NCBI GenBank assembly: GCA_040437565.1
Contig: JBDOQK010000022.1
Location: 124,001 to 188,000 of the forward strand
Origin: Albugo candida
Lineage: Eukaryota
Reading direction: 5' to 3'
DNA length: 64,000 bases
Shown here: in pieces, positions 13,030-24,419 of the stretch
Layout of the letters: each line of letters opens with the position of its first letter
Numbering within the stretch: position 1 is the first letter of the stretch
Notes under the pieces: model-generated
The model's database searches: none
What the model saw: only the letters and a program-made list of their open reading frames with translations
Told to the model about the DNA's origin: nothing
Program-made: the position numbers and the translations under genes

Positions 13030-14586
13030 ATGCAATCAGTACGGGTCGCATGCATTCTTGTGTCGGCATTAGTAGCATGTCAGTTGCGTATTAGCTATTG
13101 TCAGCTTTACCGACAGCAATACCGCCTTATGCCTTCTAAATACAGCGAGGAGAATAATTTAGAGTTGGTTTATGAGATGTTTCACAGTGACTTTAGCAAT
13201 GATGTAGGGTTCGAAAGGATGAATGCCAGCAAAATACGTGAAGGAAGTCTAGATTTTACAATCACTGCTTCTTTGGGTGGTCAACAACGTCTGAAGAATT
13301 ATTGCCCTACCGCGTGGATGGATGCTGCTGCGCTGCTCCAAGTCATTGGTCCAATTGAACCAAATCCATAGGATTGGAACCCTCCAGCACTTGACAAAAT
13401 TAATGATGGTCGGAAAGCAAAGTAAAATGTTTGTGCTTCTCAAGACGCCTATAACGTCAAAAATAACTGCAGAAGATGTCTGATGCAAAGAAGAGAATCA
13501 ATAAAAGGAGACTTCTTCGTGACGAGTTCGAAGACCGACATAATCGTTAATGTATGCCCACATCGCATTCGAGGGATGGCATTGCTGAGGCTTGCCGTGC
13601 TACTAATGTTTGCCGTTTGCTCACTCAAGAGCGACCACATTTAAATTCTACGTGCGAGCTTGTCTACGATGCACAAGTGTCACTATATGCAGTGATTACG
13701 ATAAGTACCGCATACGGCACGTTGACAAAAAGATCGTACTTTGGACACTCAAATGTTTCAGTGTCAGTATAAAGCTCGATAAGAAACACAAATTCAAGCG
13801 TCGGTGTCCATTCATTAATTGACTTCCAAGGCATCTGTGAATGAACATTGTGTATTGGATGAAGGCGAGTGGTAATGTTTTCGATGACACACTTTTATTG
13901 GTTTGGTATACAAAATCTGGCTACCTCGGGATGAAGACAATTTGGACGAATCTCAAATTGTGAAGGAAGTTCATTTGGATATGTGTTACAGACATTACGG
14001 CTCACCTCTCCTTAGACAAGCGCTGCGAGACTTGAAATCGTTGTATACGCCAATTATGGCTATTACTTATGGTCATTACAGCAATTTTGTGGTAGCTTAT
14101 CATCTGAATTCCACGGATTTAGATAAATGCCTAAATTGTGTTAGGTCCAAGTTCAGTACACCGGTTAGAGCCACCGCCTTATCCTCCCTGTTTACTATCC
14201 AGTCAGCTCAAGCGGCAAATCTCGGGAAATGCATCACCACAAGTCGCAAATCTGTTTGCTACAGATTCGGGTTTATCCACGATGATGTGTGCGCTCACGA
14301 ATCTCTCGTACCCATGGAAGAGGGCACGACGGGACCTTGGATTGGAACTTCTAGAGCACCAGAATCGCACTTACATTACCTTTCTTTTATTCAACACCCT
14401 TCACTTCGATTTGGAAAACTGGTCCCTGTTGTGCTGGCTTACATCAAAACTCAACAATGCTTGGCATCTTATGCCTTGATGCACAATGTTGTATTCGAAT
14501 CAACAGAAAATAAATACTTCTGGATGGAGAGAGGAAAAGGTCCGAGGGGCCGTAATTGTGGGGAGATTCAAGAGGGAGGAGATTAA
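13030..14586 (+). pseudogene. Effector-like paralog of 19215 with stops and frameshifts
   Basis: Signal-peptide-like MQSVRVACILVSALVACQLRISY, then QYRL, DFTITASL, CRRCLMQRRESIKGDFFVT, CYRHY, CITTS and NKYFWMERGKGPRG. Split over ORFs 13030, 13554 and 13903. Confidence 0.85.
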
Positions 14587-15299
14587 GTGGCACCTTTATG
14601 GATGGCGGACATCATATCCACGTACGGGTAACACGATAGATGCATACTTATTGTACAAATGAACGGTCTCGACCAGGTACATTACAGTACCTATTCAATG
14701 TAAGAAGTAAGGTAGTATAGGCTTTCAATACTGAGTGTCACTTACCTAGAGCACAAAAGTAAGCATTCGAACAGATTTTGTTGGTGCTTTATCACGTTGA
14801 AGGTTAGAATAAGCGTAAAGAAACTAAAGGGATTGGTGTCAAAGATGTTAATTCTATGCATGAGCTGAAGGGTTTAATATTTGAGCGCAACCTTAGCGCA
14901 TCCAGGTTCTAGAGTTGCAACCCCAGTTGGGATGCTCTAGTTATCTTCTATTGATAGACACAGAGACCGTCAAATCGATATACTCGCTGTCGACTGTCCT
15001 CCGAAGGACCTGTAATGTCCATTTCATCGAAGGTGCTGTTTGACAAACCTTTGATCAAGCTTTACGCATTTGTGAGCAAATCTAATGGACACAATCCATT
15101 TTGAAAGAAATTTTAGCCGAAATATGGGATCAACACGATAAACGAGAAGGAGGTGGAGTCTATGTCGGTTTACAGACGCTTGATTACTTTTCCGCATGTC
15201 TATTGATTAATACTATTTGAGTGCACACGCAGTGCCTCCTTATTGCTACTTCGCTACCCTACATATATTTTTTTCGTTTGGAGAGGACAGGCTCTTTGC

Positions 15300-18050
15300 A
15301 TCAGTGCAAGAGAAGTAGGGTTCTTCTAATCGGTCACGTCAAAGGTCATGGGAGATGAAACATATGAAAAGAAATGCGCACAATACGTACAATAATTCCA
15401 ATTGTGGGCACAGCACGTGCTATGATCATATTCAACGTCGTGATGGAAACACTGAGAAAGAGTCCTGGTAACAGGTATGTCTCTTTATAATCGCCGAAAG
15501 CTCTTTTTTAGAGATGTAGTCATGTACACAGGTTTACTTAAAGCTCATCATGATTGGACCAACCATCAATTCCGAAGGTTTACCTATCGCTTTTATAGAT
15601 CCTTTAGTCACCTTCCAATTTCCGTTTGCCTACTTCATGGAAAGCGCAATTGTATATCGAGTTTCAGCGTGAAAGAAACCGACAATCCCCTCATAGAATC
15701 TCAGTTTGGACGCATTGGGCCACTCGTACGAATTAGGAAAGTCAAGTCTATGCGACTGACGAAACCAAAAATTCGACTAGTAGTCTTCCTGAAACAATGC
15801 CCTAGCAGATTTTCTACCACTGCTGGATGAAAATTTTTCAATGGCCAGGACTATCACAAGTCAATTATCCAAATGTTGAGGAGAACGTCATTGCTTCACA
15901 CTTGGCATGAGGAGGTCGTCGTTGCAGTCCTTCTTTGAGATTGTTTGAAATATTCAAGCTTTCTCAACCAGATTCAAAAGGTACATGATCGTTTTCTTAC
16001 TTGTTCCTTATCAGATGTAGTGGTGTCATTGATTGTGTAAGCCAATCGATCGTAAAGAAGACGCTATCAAGAGAAGGTCATGGCCAATGCGCGCTTCAGC
16101 TTGAAGATATTAGAAGAACGTCGACCGACACGATTCGCGGTGATCTTTTTTTTCTCAATGGTGAGACATAAGACTGGAAGAGAAAATGCCAGAGCAAGGA
16201 GAGACAGAACCTTGAACCCCTTGCATCTACATTTATATGGTAAGGTTCTACTTTTGCCATACGAGTTTGTGAAAGCAAAATCCTTCCTGTATTTGTTATA
16301 GATCTTCTGAAATTCTAAAAAACGAGCGGAATCCATACCGAATCGTATGTCACAGTCAAATGTATTCGTGCGTTTTCAAATCGATACTGATAAGTTCTTC
16401 GGGTACGCTGTTCTTATCTCAACACTCTAGTAACAGCAGAGATTCTCTGAATCAACAACAACTCGCCACTATTGAGCTTCACCGATCTCGCACTGTCAGG
16501 TTCTAATAGTGCGATCATCACACTTAATGGGCATACCTTTTCCGCTACATTGAGATTTCTGTCTCCACAGCCATCTTCATTAAGTCAGCTTTTATATGTG
16601 AATTTCAGTCATGGGGTTTCCATATCAGAATGGCGTCTACCCTGTCACAATTACGAGACCTAAAGCGACAGTGCGCGTATTATTACTTTGCACAACGAAG
16701 AATACGAAAATAGTAGGAAGAATTGCGTTTTTGATCCATACTATGATCACATGTGTATTGAAAACACTGCAATGTACCAGTGTTCCATAGGAGTATCCAA
16801 GCTGTGAAGTACGAAGAATTTTGTATGCCTAAGCTAGATGGTGAGACTATTTACTCTACCTGTACGGAAGCAACGACAAAGCAAGCAATATGATCGCTCT
16901 ATTTAAGGTAGGAAGCGTTTGGATTTAAGTCAACCTAGTAGACAAAGGGGAGATTGAGATATAGATGCTGAAGCGATAATCCCTAGAGGATGATATGACT
17001 AGATATCGACGCTATGGACCCACATCAACCAAATACTTGGCGATCTATGCATTCATTGCTGATGTTGCCTGCATCATAGTGTTACCTAAGGTTGTGATAA
17101 TATACTCCATTTGAGTATTTCACCGGGAATAGCAAGCAAGATATTTCTTACCCCTTCCTCGACATCATTTCATTGCGAATTTTTATGAATGTGTGAGAAG
17201 CATATCTCGATAAATTCCTAACTTTCGATACGCACTACTCGAGAATTTTTGTAGTTTTCGAGCGATCGGATGATACGACATTTCTGACACCACGAGCTGT
17301 GCATTCCGGACTGTATGTTCAAGTGATGATAGAGCTACTTTTGATTGTTGTTTACGACATTCATTTCCCAGTCCCGTTATGACTGTGATAAAGAACCCAT
17401 AATTCTTTAATGGTATCTGAGTACATCGAATTCAACAATTGCTGTAGATTCATCGTCTACCTTGTTCATGTTTCTAGATGCCTCCACCTTGTTCTTCGAC
17501 GTGATTTTAACATAGCTTCTAGGTCAACATTTGCCTACTCTTATCCGTATCGTCCCTCAATCTTGAAAGCGAATTTCACGGGCACTTATGCATTCAGATG
17601 AATCCATACTATAGATGATTCTTGGAGTCGAGTCTAGCAACATCTCACTGTGCAATGATCTCTTTCGGAAATGACACATTGTGCCTGATGAGATACGAGA
17701 CATATTTGTATCGGCGAGCGACTAAGTTTCTAAGCAGACGGATTCCATCGGTAATGCTTAATCAATGTTAACTTCGACGAGCAAGCATTCTTTCATGGGC
17801 AGTGGTGTACCATTTTCCGCGAGCCACGCTACGGAATTGGAGGAGGAAAACACAACTGACGTTTATTGTGTACGGAATGACTTCCATTCTTGTACCGAAT
17901 CTCGGAAAATGTTGAATTCTTGAGCGATCGCCATGATAAGTATGCGCTCCTGATCCAGTCATCCGAACTACCGGCGACGCCCACGTAAAAGGATCACTCA
18001 AAGCACGTAGAATGAAGAGGACAACGAATAGGCGCAAGCATTAACATTCC
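15300..18050 (-). pseudogene. Possible degenerate long Cys-module secreted-protein pseudogene, head-to-head with 19215
   Basis: Signal-peptide-like LRLFVVLFILRALSDPFTWA near 18037, ECIDRQVFG*CG near 17.03 kb, and exact CLLCRCFRTG (CxxCxxxxxG) at 16887-16858 followed by KFFVLHS. Many stops. Confidence 0.35.
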
Positions 18051-18961
18051 GTGTCTTGATCACCTTCGCATAATTGTTAGATGTGTATACACTTACATCC
18101 GAACGTGATGCGGCTTCAGTAGTATAAAGACGTTCTGGTCGCGAAAACTAGACTGTATACTCTGTACAACTGATGCGCACATCCCGTTGTACAACTTGTA
18201 GCTCTGGGGTATTCAATGCTACTTAATCTTGTACCATAATTTTAGATCATTTCACGTCTATTGGTCGCAGGAGTAAGACAGAGATGAAATCGACGTATAT
18301 GTATGCCAAGAATTGATCTGACACGTGAACACCTATTGTTGCAATAAGTGTGAATGCAACTGATATAGCGTCTTGACATTTCCAGCGGGTTTTATCTAGA
18401 TATTCTCACTTCGTATGACACGGTTGTACTCTTCTCGCGCCGTGCAAACTTGTTTCTTCTTTCCGCCGCCAGCTTGTGAAATTATGTAGTGACTTCTAAA
18501 GGCTATAAGCAGGGCTTTCCTCTGCACTAAAGATTGTTGGCAAAAGTCTCCGTGTCGTTCTTGCACTTTTACGCTGCTCCACCCTTGGACCGATGCTCGC
18601 TATCAAAGCTTTTCAAACGAGAGATGACGTGGAGTAATGTCTTTTTTGTAATCAAGATCTACCCGTGAGCTTCGTGCATCATATATCGATACTTTTTTTT
18701 GGCACGGAATTCCGCAAGCCAGCGAGACAATTACGAAACTAATGAGACCGTACTTAGTCTCTAGGTTCATCCCTGTAATTACACCAATCATTACGACTGA
18801 ATGAAGCAGCCTCATCAGCTCTGGAAGGTTCCATATTCTTTAAAACCTGCATAAAGAGCATAGAAGCGATAGAGGGGGAAATGTGGCTAACCATAGAAAA
18901 AACGCAAATATTTGAATCAACCAATGTTTATCTCGATATGATACAAAATAGTTCGGCATCA

Positions 18962-18975
18962 ATGAAGCAGCTGCG
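18962..18975 (+). promoter_or_regulatory. Conserved upstream element ATGAAGCAGCTGCG
   Basis: 253 bp upstream of ATG 19215; identical in two paralogous promoters. Confidence 0.5.
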
Positions 18976-19214
18976 GTTTCCCGATTGCGAAATCATCGTT
19001 GTTCTTGTCCATTGAATTCTGAATTTCTTTTAAATTGGAAGCCACAAGTTTTCCAAAAACCGATTTTATTAGTCGATATGTAACAACTACACGAAATGTC
19101 TGTTCTTTCTACGGCGCATAGTGGGAGTAAATTTGCTGACTTTTCTTCTACGGAATCGTTGAAAGACCTGTTTTTCACATTCACTAAACAATCTGCTCTC
19201 CAACGCTTTACCAC

Positions 19215-20870
19215 ATGCAATCACTACGGGCTGCTAGTATCCTCGCGCTCGCACTAGCTGTATGCCAGTTGCATGTTAGTCATGGTCAACTTCCTCAAAG
19301 ACAATACAGACTAGATCCTATCAACTATATTGATGAGAATTCCTTGTGGCATTGTTATGCACTCTTCCAAAGCGCGCTTCTCAACGAAGCAGGAGTCAAA
19401 AGGCTAACGGTTACAGAGATTGAAACAGCCATGATTGATTTTACGATCACTGCATCTCTCCGTGGCCTACAACGCGCGAAGGATTATCGCTCTACTGGAT
19501 CTGCAACAAACACAGCCTACATGACTATGAATGAACTCAAACCATTGTATCCGATTCCTTTTACAATCAGCGAAAGTAAACACGACAAAAATCCTAAAAG
19601 ATTCGTGTGTTTGCCTCAGTATGGTAGAAACGAAGATGACTGCAGAAAGTGTTTGATGCAGAAAAGCAATTCAATACTTGGAGACTTTTTCGTAACGATT
19701 TCCGAATCCATGTTGAGCGTTTATGTTATGTACACATCGAAGTCGGGAGATGAGATTGCCAACGCTTGCCGCGATACTGGCGTGTGCGGTACATCAAACA
19801 CTCAGCAACATCAACCCATATATCCAGATGAAGTGTGTCAAGTTGTCCACGGCGCGCGAGAATCGCCGTTTTCCGCATTGTTGACGGGTACAGCATACGA
19901 TACGTTACCAGCGGCATCGTACTCTTGTATCTGTTATCAAGTTACTATGAGACATAATCAGCAACGCAAATTTGCTCAAAGTGAACCATACAAAAATTGG
20001 TACCCCCATCGTCTGCAACATTGGTCGAATAATATCATCGTGCATTGGATGAAGGTGGGTGCTGATTTTGCAGACTCTACGCTCTTATTGGTTTGGTATG
20101 CAAAGGATGTGTTCGTTCCCAATCAGCGTATATCTGACAAGAGGCGATACGTGAAGAAAGTTTCGGTGGAGGATTGCTATAGATACTATACCTCAAAACT
20201 TGATTTCTCGGCCTTCGAAAAGGGAATGTCGCTATTTACGTCAGACACTGGTATTGATTCTGAACATGACAGCAATTGTTTTGTGGCTTACCACAATTAT
20301 GAAAATTCGAAATCGAATGCATGCCGGAAATGTATCGAGTCTACGGGCAGTAAATCAGCGAAAGCCTCTGCCATCTCCTTTATTTTCACCATTCAATCTT
20401 CTACAGAGAAAGAAAACACCATCAGAGAATGCATCACAACAAGGGGTACACCTGCCTGCTCTAAGTTTCAAATTTTTCCCGAGGATGTGTGCGATCATGT
20501 GACAAAAACGAATGAAATGCTCCTGTCTGAAGTTTCCATCCCATCAATCAAATCGGAATACCCGAATTCTGTTGTGTTTGCATCATTTACCGATCATAAT
20601 TGCCTAGCATGTTATGTTTTGGTGCACAGCGTATTCTTCATATCAATAGAGCATAAGTACGTTTGGATGGAGAGAAACGAAGGACCGAGAGGATGTGATT
20701 GCTTGACCATCGAAAGGAAAAGTGATGCCGGCCAGGTTGACTCTTTTCAAGCAATTTCTTTCCATGACCTCGAGGGGCATAAGTCTGGACGGCGGAATAC
20801 GGAGTCACCTACCACTGAGAGCTTTAAGTCCATCGTCAAGCTGATAGTACCTAATACAGTCCACCTATGA
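19215..20870 (+). CDS. Intact intronless 551-aa secreted Cys-rich candidate effector (CCG-family-related)
   Basis: Signal peptide MQSLRAASILALALAVCQLHVSHG, uninterrupted ORF, repeated CRKC...C...C...P(D/E)(E/D)VC modules, C-terminal CLACYVLVHSV..KYVWM..CDC motif, and multiple paralogs in the window. Confidence 0.85.
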   Translation: MQSLRAASILALALAVCQLHVSHGQLPQRQYRLDPINYIDENSLWHCYALFQSALLNEAGVKRLTVTEIETAMIDFTITASLRGLQRAKDYRSTGSATNTAYMTMNELKPLYPIPFTISESKHDKNPKRFVCLPQYGRNEDDCRKCLMQKSNSILGDFFVTISESMLSVYVMYTSKSGDEIANACRDTGVCGTSNTQQHQPIYPDEVCQVVHGARESPFSALLTGTAYDTLPAASYSCICYQVTMRHNQQRKFAQSEPYKNWYPHRLQHWSNNIIVHWMKVGADFADSTLLLVWYAKDVFVPNQRISDKRRYVKKVSVEDCYRYYTSKLDFSAFEKGMSLFTSDTGIDSEHDSNCFVAYHNYENSKSNACRKCIESTGSKSAKASAISFIFTIQSSTEKENTIRECITTRGTPACSKFQIFPEDVCDHVTKTNEMLLSEVSIPSIKSEYPNSVVFASFTDHNCLACYVLVHSVFFISIEHKYVWMERNEGPRGCDCLTIERKSDAGQVDSFQAISFHDLEGHKSGRRNTESPTTESFKSIVKLIVPNTVHL

Positions 20871-21453
20871 GAAAGCGAAGTGGTAGCTACAAGTAAATAA
20901 AACTTCAATTTCTCTTACCTCTGCCGCAATTTGTAATGTGTTTGAAACAAATTCCGCAATTAGACAGGACAAAAATTGTTTTGTACGCGTTTTATACAAG
21001 GATTCTTTGTCCTTTTCCGCCATATAATTTCAGTGGACTTTAATGCTCCTGAGGAGGAAAAAAAAGACCACACAAAATACGTTAGTTTACGTCCAGGTTA
21101 TTTCTATGGGAAATATGTTCTTCCTTCCAGCCACTGGATCATCCTGCACTCCAGCACTACTCCTGCATGCGCAGCTATTTTATCTTCATTCATCATTATT
21201 CTTTCATCATTCATCACTTGGCACTTGTGCAACACATTGATTTAGAAAGAGTGGTCGTTTTTCATCTTTTCTTCTGCTGCTTTATCCAACATAAGAAGAC
21301 AGGAGCGAACATCGTAAGAGAAAAAAACATAGGGCGCAGTGCCTAGACATCACACTAGCGCCACCTCAGACGACGTAACAGGTGGTAATCAGGATTTGTG
21401 GCACGACTCACGGCGACAGCAACTCTTTACCGAAAACAAATTGGCAAAGTCTA

Positions 21454-23400
21454 ATGCCTCGCCCTCAAGATCCTATCTCGTTGCTTTTTAGTCCCAAGTA
21501 TAAGAATCCTAATGGGGACAAAAGATCAGAAAGAGTGCGATGTAATGCCTGTAGCAAGTCAGTAAATGCCTCGGCGCAACGGCTGAAGGGCCACTCAATA
21601 GAGTGTTCCTCTAGGGGCAGAGACGGAATTGGTAGACTGACACCTTCGAGCGAAGCTCCTCATCCATGTGGTAGCAATAGCAGGAGCCCTATAAGTAACA
21701 GTAGCGTGGTGGTGGCAAATTCGAACAGAGTTGGGATTTGTTCAGAGTCACCAAGTGGTTAGGGTCAAATCTCTCAGCATCAATAGCAACTTACCAAGCG
21801 AAGCAACAGGACAGCTGGTAAAATTACTGCATTTGCAGACTCTGTCTCTTCCGAACAGCAAACCAAACTGGAAGGACTGTTAGCTAAGGCAATCCATCGC
21901 TCTAGCCTACCATTTGCGGTGTTTGAAAGTGCAGACTGGTATGAGTCCTTCTCAGCTGTTCGCCCTAGTCTAAAAATCCCTAGCCGAGAGAAGATTAGAA
22001 GGGAATTGATCGATAATGAATAACAGAACGTTAGGCGAGGACACCCTGACAGAGGTATCAGAATGGCATGTGGTATGCTTTTCGATTGACGGTGCGACCA
22101 ACGTGCAAGGTAAGCAACTGCTCAATCTTACGGCTTGTGGTCTAAAAGCCCTGTTTTTGAAACAATTAACAATAGAGCTGCGGCGTGAATCCTCTATAAA
22201 TTTGAAGAGAAAGGTGCTAGATTGCCAGAGCCGCATGAAGGTGTCCTTGGACAAAAATTGCTACGCCTCCAACAGAGGACATCATACTTGGGGGTATTGC
22301 ACCCAATCATTTGATGTGATCTATCGCATCTGAGTCTCCGAATGTCATGAAGAAACTAAGAAAGTTGCTGCGTAGCTCATGATCATATGCAGTAGTGTTT
22401 GGATGTTGGGTCCGTACCCAGCTCAGTCGTTTAAGCACTTGAGCACACGGACCCCCTTCCGCAGGTCGTCAGTTCGATCCCCGGCAGTGTGGGCAGCGAT
22501 TTGGGCCCACCCAAGCAATAAGCTTGGAAAATATCTGCCTCCCTAGGTTTGAAGTCAGACTTAAGTGACATTCACACGGTCAGGGGCTCTTGATAGGATA
22601 AGGAAGGTAGTTAAAGAACCAGATAAACAGTGTAATGAAATCCTTGGCAAAGTAGTGTTTGGATGTGCACCACATGCGCTTAAAAACTTTTGGCGGGATT
22701 TTTTGAAGCTTGAAATACCCGTCCCAACGCTGAAGAAAGTAATGTTTATCATGAAAAGTCTCTGATGCGTACGTCTTTTCCATTCGCTCTTTAGTCAACT
22801 CTGTGACGAAAACCTTCACCGACAGTATGCATTGATGCTCTTCACGTGTACCCGATGGTCGAAAACACATTTTATCTTTCCGAGACTCAATTATTTGAAG
22901 TCAGTGGTAACATCAATCACTGCAGCAGTAACTCACGACGACCGCTTTGATGAAGTGGCAGTGACTGATCCTTTGATTGGCGCAATGATCGAAGGAACAC
23001 GTCATTCTGGCGAAGGTGCACAGCCATGGAAGCGGTCATGGAGCCCACTTGCGCTTGCCTTCATTACTTGGAGGGCGATGAGGCAGCATTTTCTGGAATT
23101 TATGCCTGTTTACTCTATTTAAAGTTTGTCTTATCAAAGCTCAAAAGAAACTCTAGAGATATTCTCGTGTTGTAGGACGCAGCACTTGAGCAGTTAGATA
23201 AGCCTATAGTGAGCAGGCGCAAGTAAATATGCAGCCCGGTGCATGCTCTGGCATTTCAAAATAAACCTCTCTTTGACATGAGGAAAAGAATTTGCAAGGA
23301 GAATCTCAATGGCTTCATGGGGATTGGTCAAGGCAGCTTGTATCATCATTGTCGGAAGGCCCTAAGGCAGATTACACCAGTGGATTTATCCGAGACAGTT
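21454..23400 (+). mobile_element. hAT transposase remnant (BED finger + DDE), interrupted by a SINE
   Basis: BED-like RVRCNACSKSVNASAQRLKGHSIEC, FSIDGATNV (first catalytic D), FGCAPHALKNF (CxxH), TRWS and PVHALAF. Many stops; termini not identified. Confidence 0.8.
22407..22650 (+). mobile_element. tRNA-derived SINE, copy 2
   Basis: High similarity to copy 1; perfect 16-bp TSD agtagtgtttggatgt at 22391-22406 and 22651-22666. Confidence 0.9.
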
Positions 23401-23419
23401 CTAGGTACGAAGACACGGC

Positions 23420-24400
23420 AATGTCCGATTTAATGAGGGAAAGAATGCTTTCTCAAGCTGAGGTTCCGACCAGATCCATCGCAATACCTTGGACAAGTTC
23501 GACCTGCGTCAAGACACCATTTGCTGTTTCGGAAAGCAATGTCAAATCGTCCGCAGTATTTGCCATCATTCCAAAGGACATGGTCTTCATGTTGACGAAC
23601 TAAATTTTACAAAAATGCGACCGCCATCAGATAAAGTATTGCTGAGAGAGAAGCACCTTGTTTGTCCCCATGTTGGAGTGTAAGGGACGGTTTGATATTG
23701 CCATTAATCATCAGCTGCGCCCACGTGTCGACAAACCCAGTCAATAACAGTTTTCCCAACGCCCAGAATTTTCAAAACGCGAAACATGAACGTCGAATGA
23801 ACATGATCATAAGCTTTGTCAAAGTCAAGAAAAGTCGCATACGCTTCCCCCACGACGATGACTGGATGTGAGTGAGATGTCAAACATGGTGATGCATCGA
23901 GCGAGATTCCTCGCACAGGTTCTTGTTGATCTTGTGGATCAATTTGGGCAAAAATCACTGTAGTTGATGCTTCAGCAATTTTGAGAGTACATTCAAATCG
24001 CACAAATTAGTGCGATCGATTGGTAATTGCCAGGATCTCTTTTTGATCCTTTTTTGAATAAAAGGTGATTGCCGAGTGACGGTGGATCAGAGTAAGAAAC
24101 CCTTTTCAGCTGGTTTTCGAACACGACCCTCAGACTTGCGGCAAACGTTTGCGAATCAAGCTGACAAAATGCAGCTGGGAGTCTGTCCATACGTGGAGAG
24201 TAATTTCTTCGCATGTGCTTGATCGCTTCCGTCCTCTAGGTCGTACTCAGCAAGTCGAGAGACGGTCTTGCTCTCCAGACACAAGGGAAACTTGAATCGA
24301 TTACAGTAGCTTTTTCAATTTATTTTGCATGGAACAGCTGGGTCGGTCCCGGAGCTGTAGGTAGAGACCATAACATCACACTCAATAATCCCTAAATTCA
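23420..24400 (-). mobile_element. Non-LTR retrotransposon (LINE) reverse transcriptase remnant
   Basis: LLFKKGSKRDPGNYQSIALI, ATFLDFDKAYDHV...LKILGVG and TADDLTLLSE (YADD-equivalent), in the correct order on the minus strand. Confidence 0.85.
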
Positions 24401-24419
24401 TCAATAATGTTTCTCGGGT

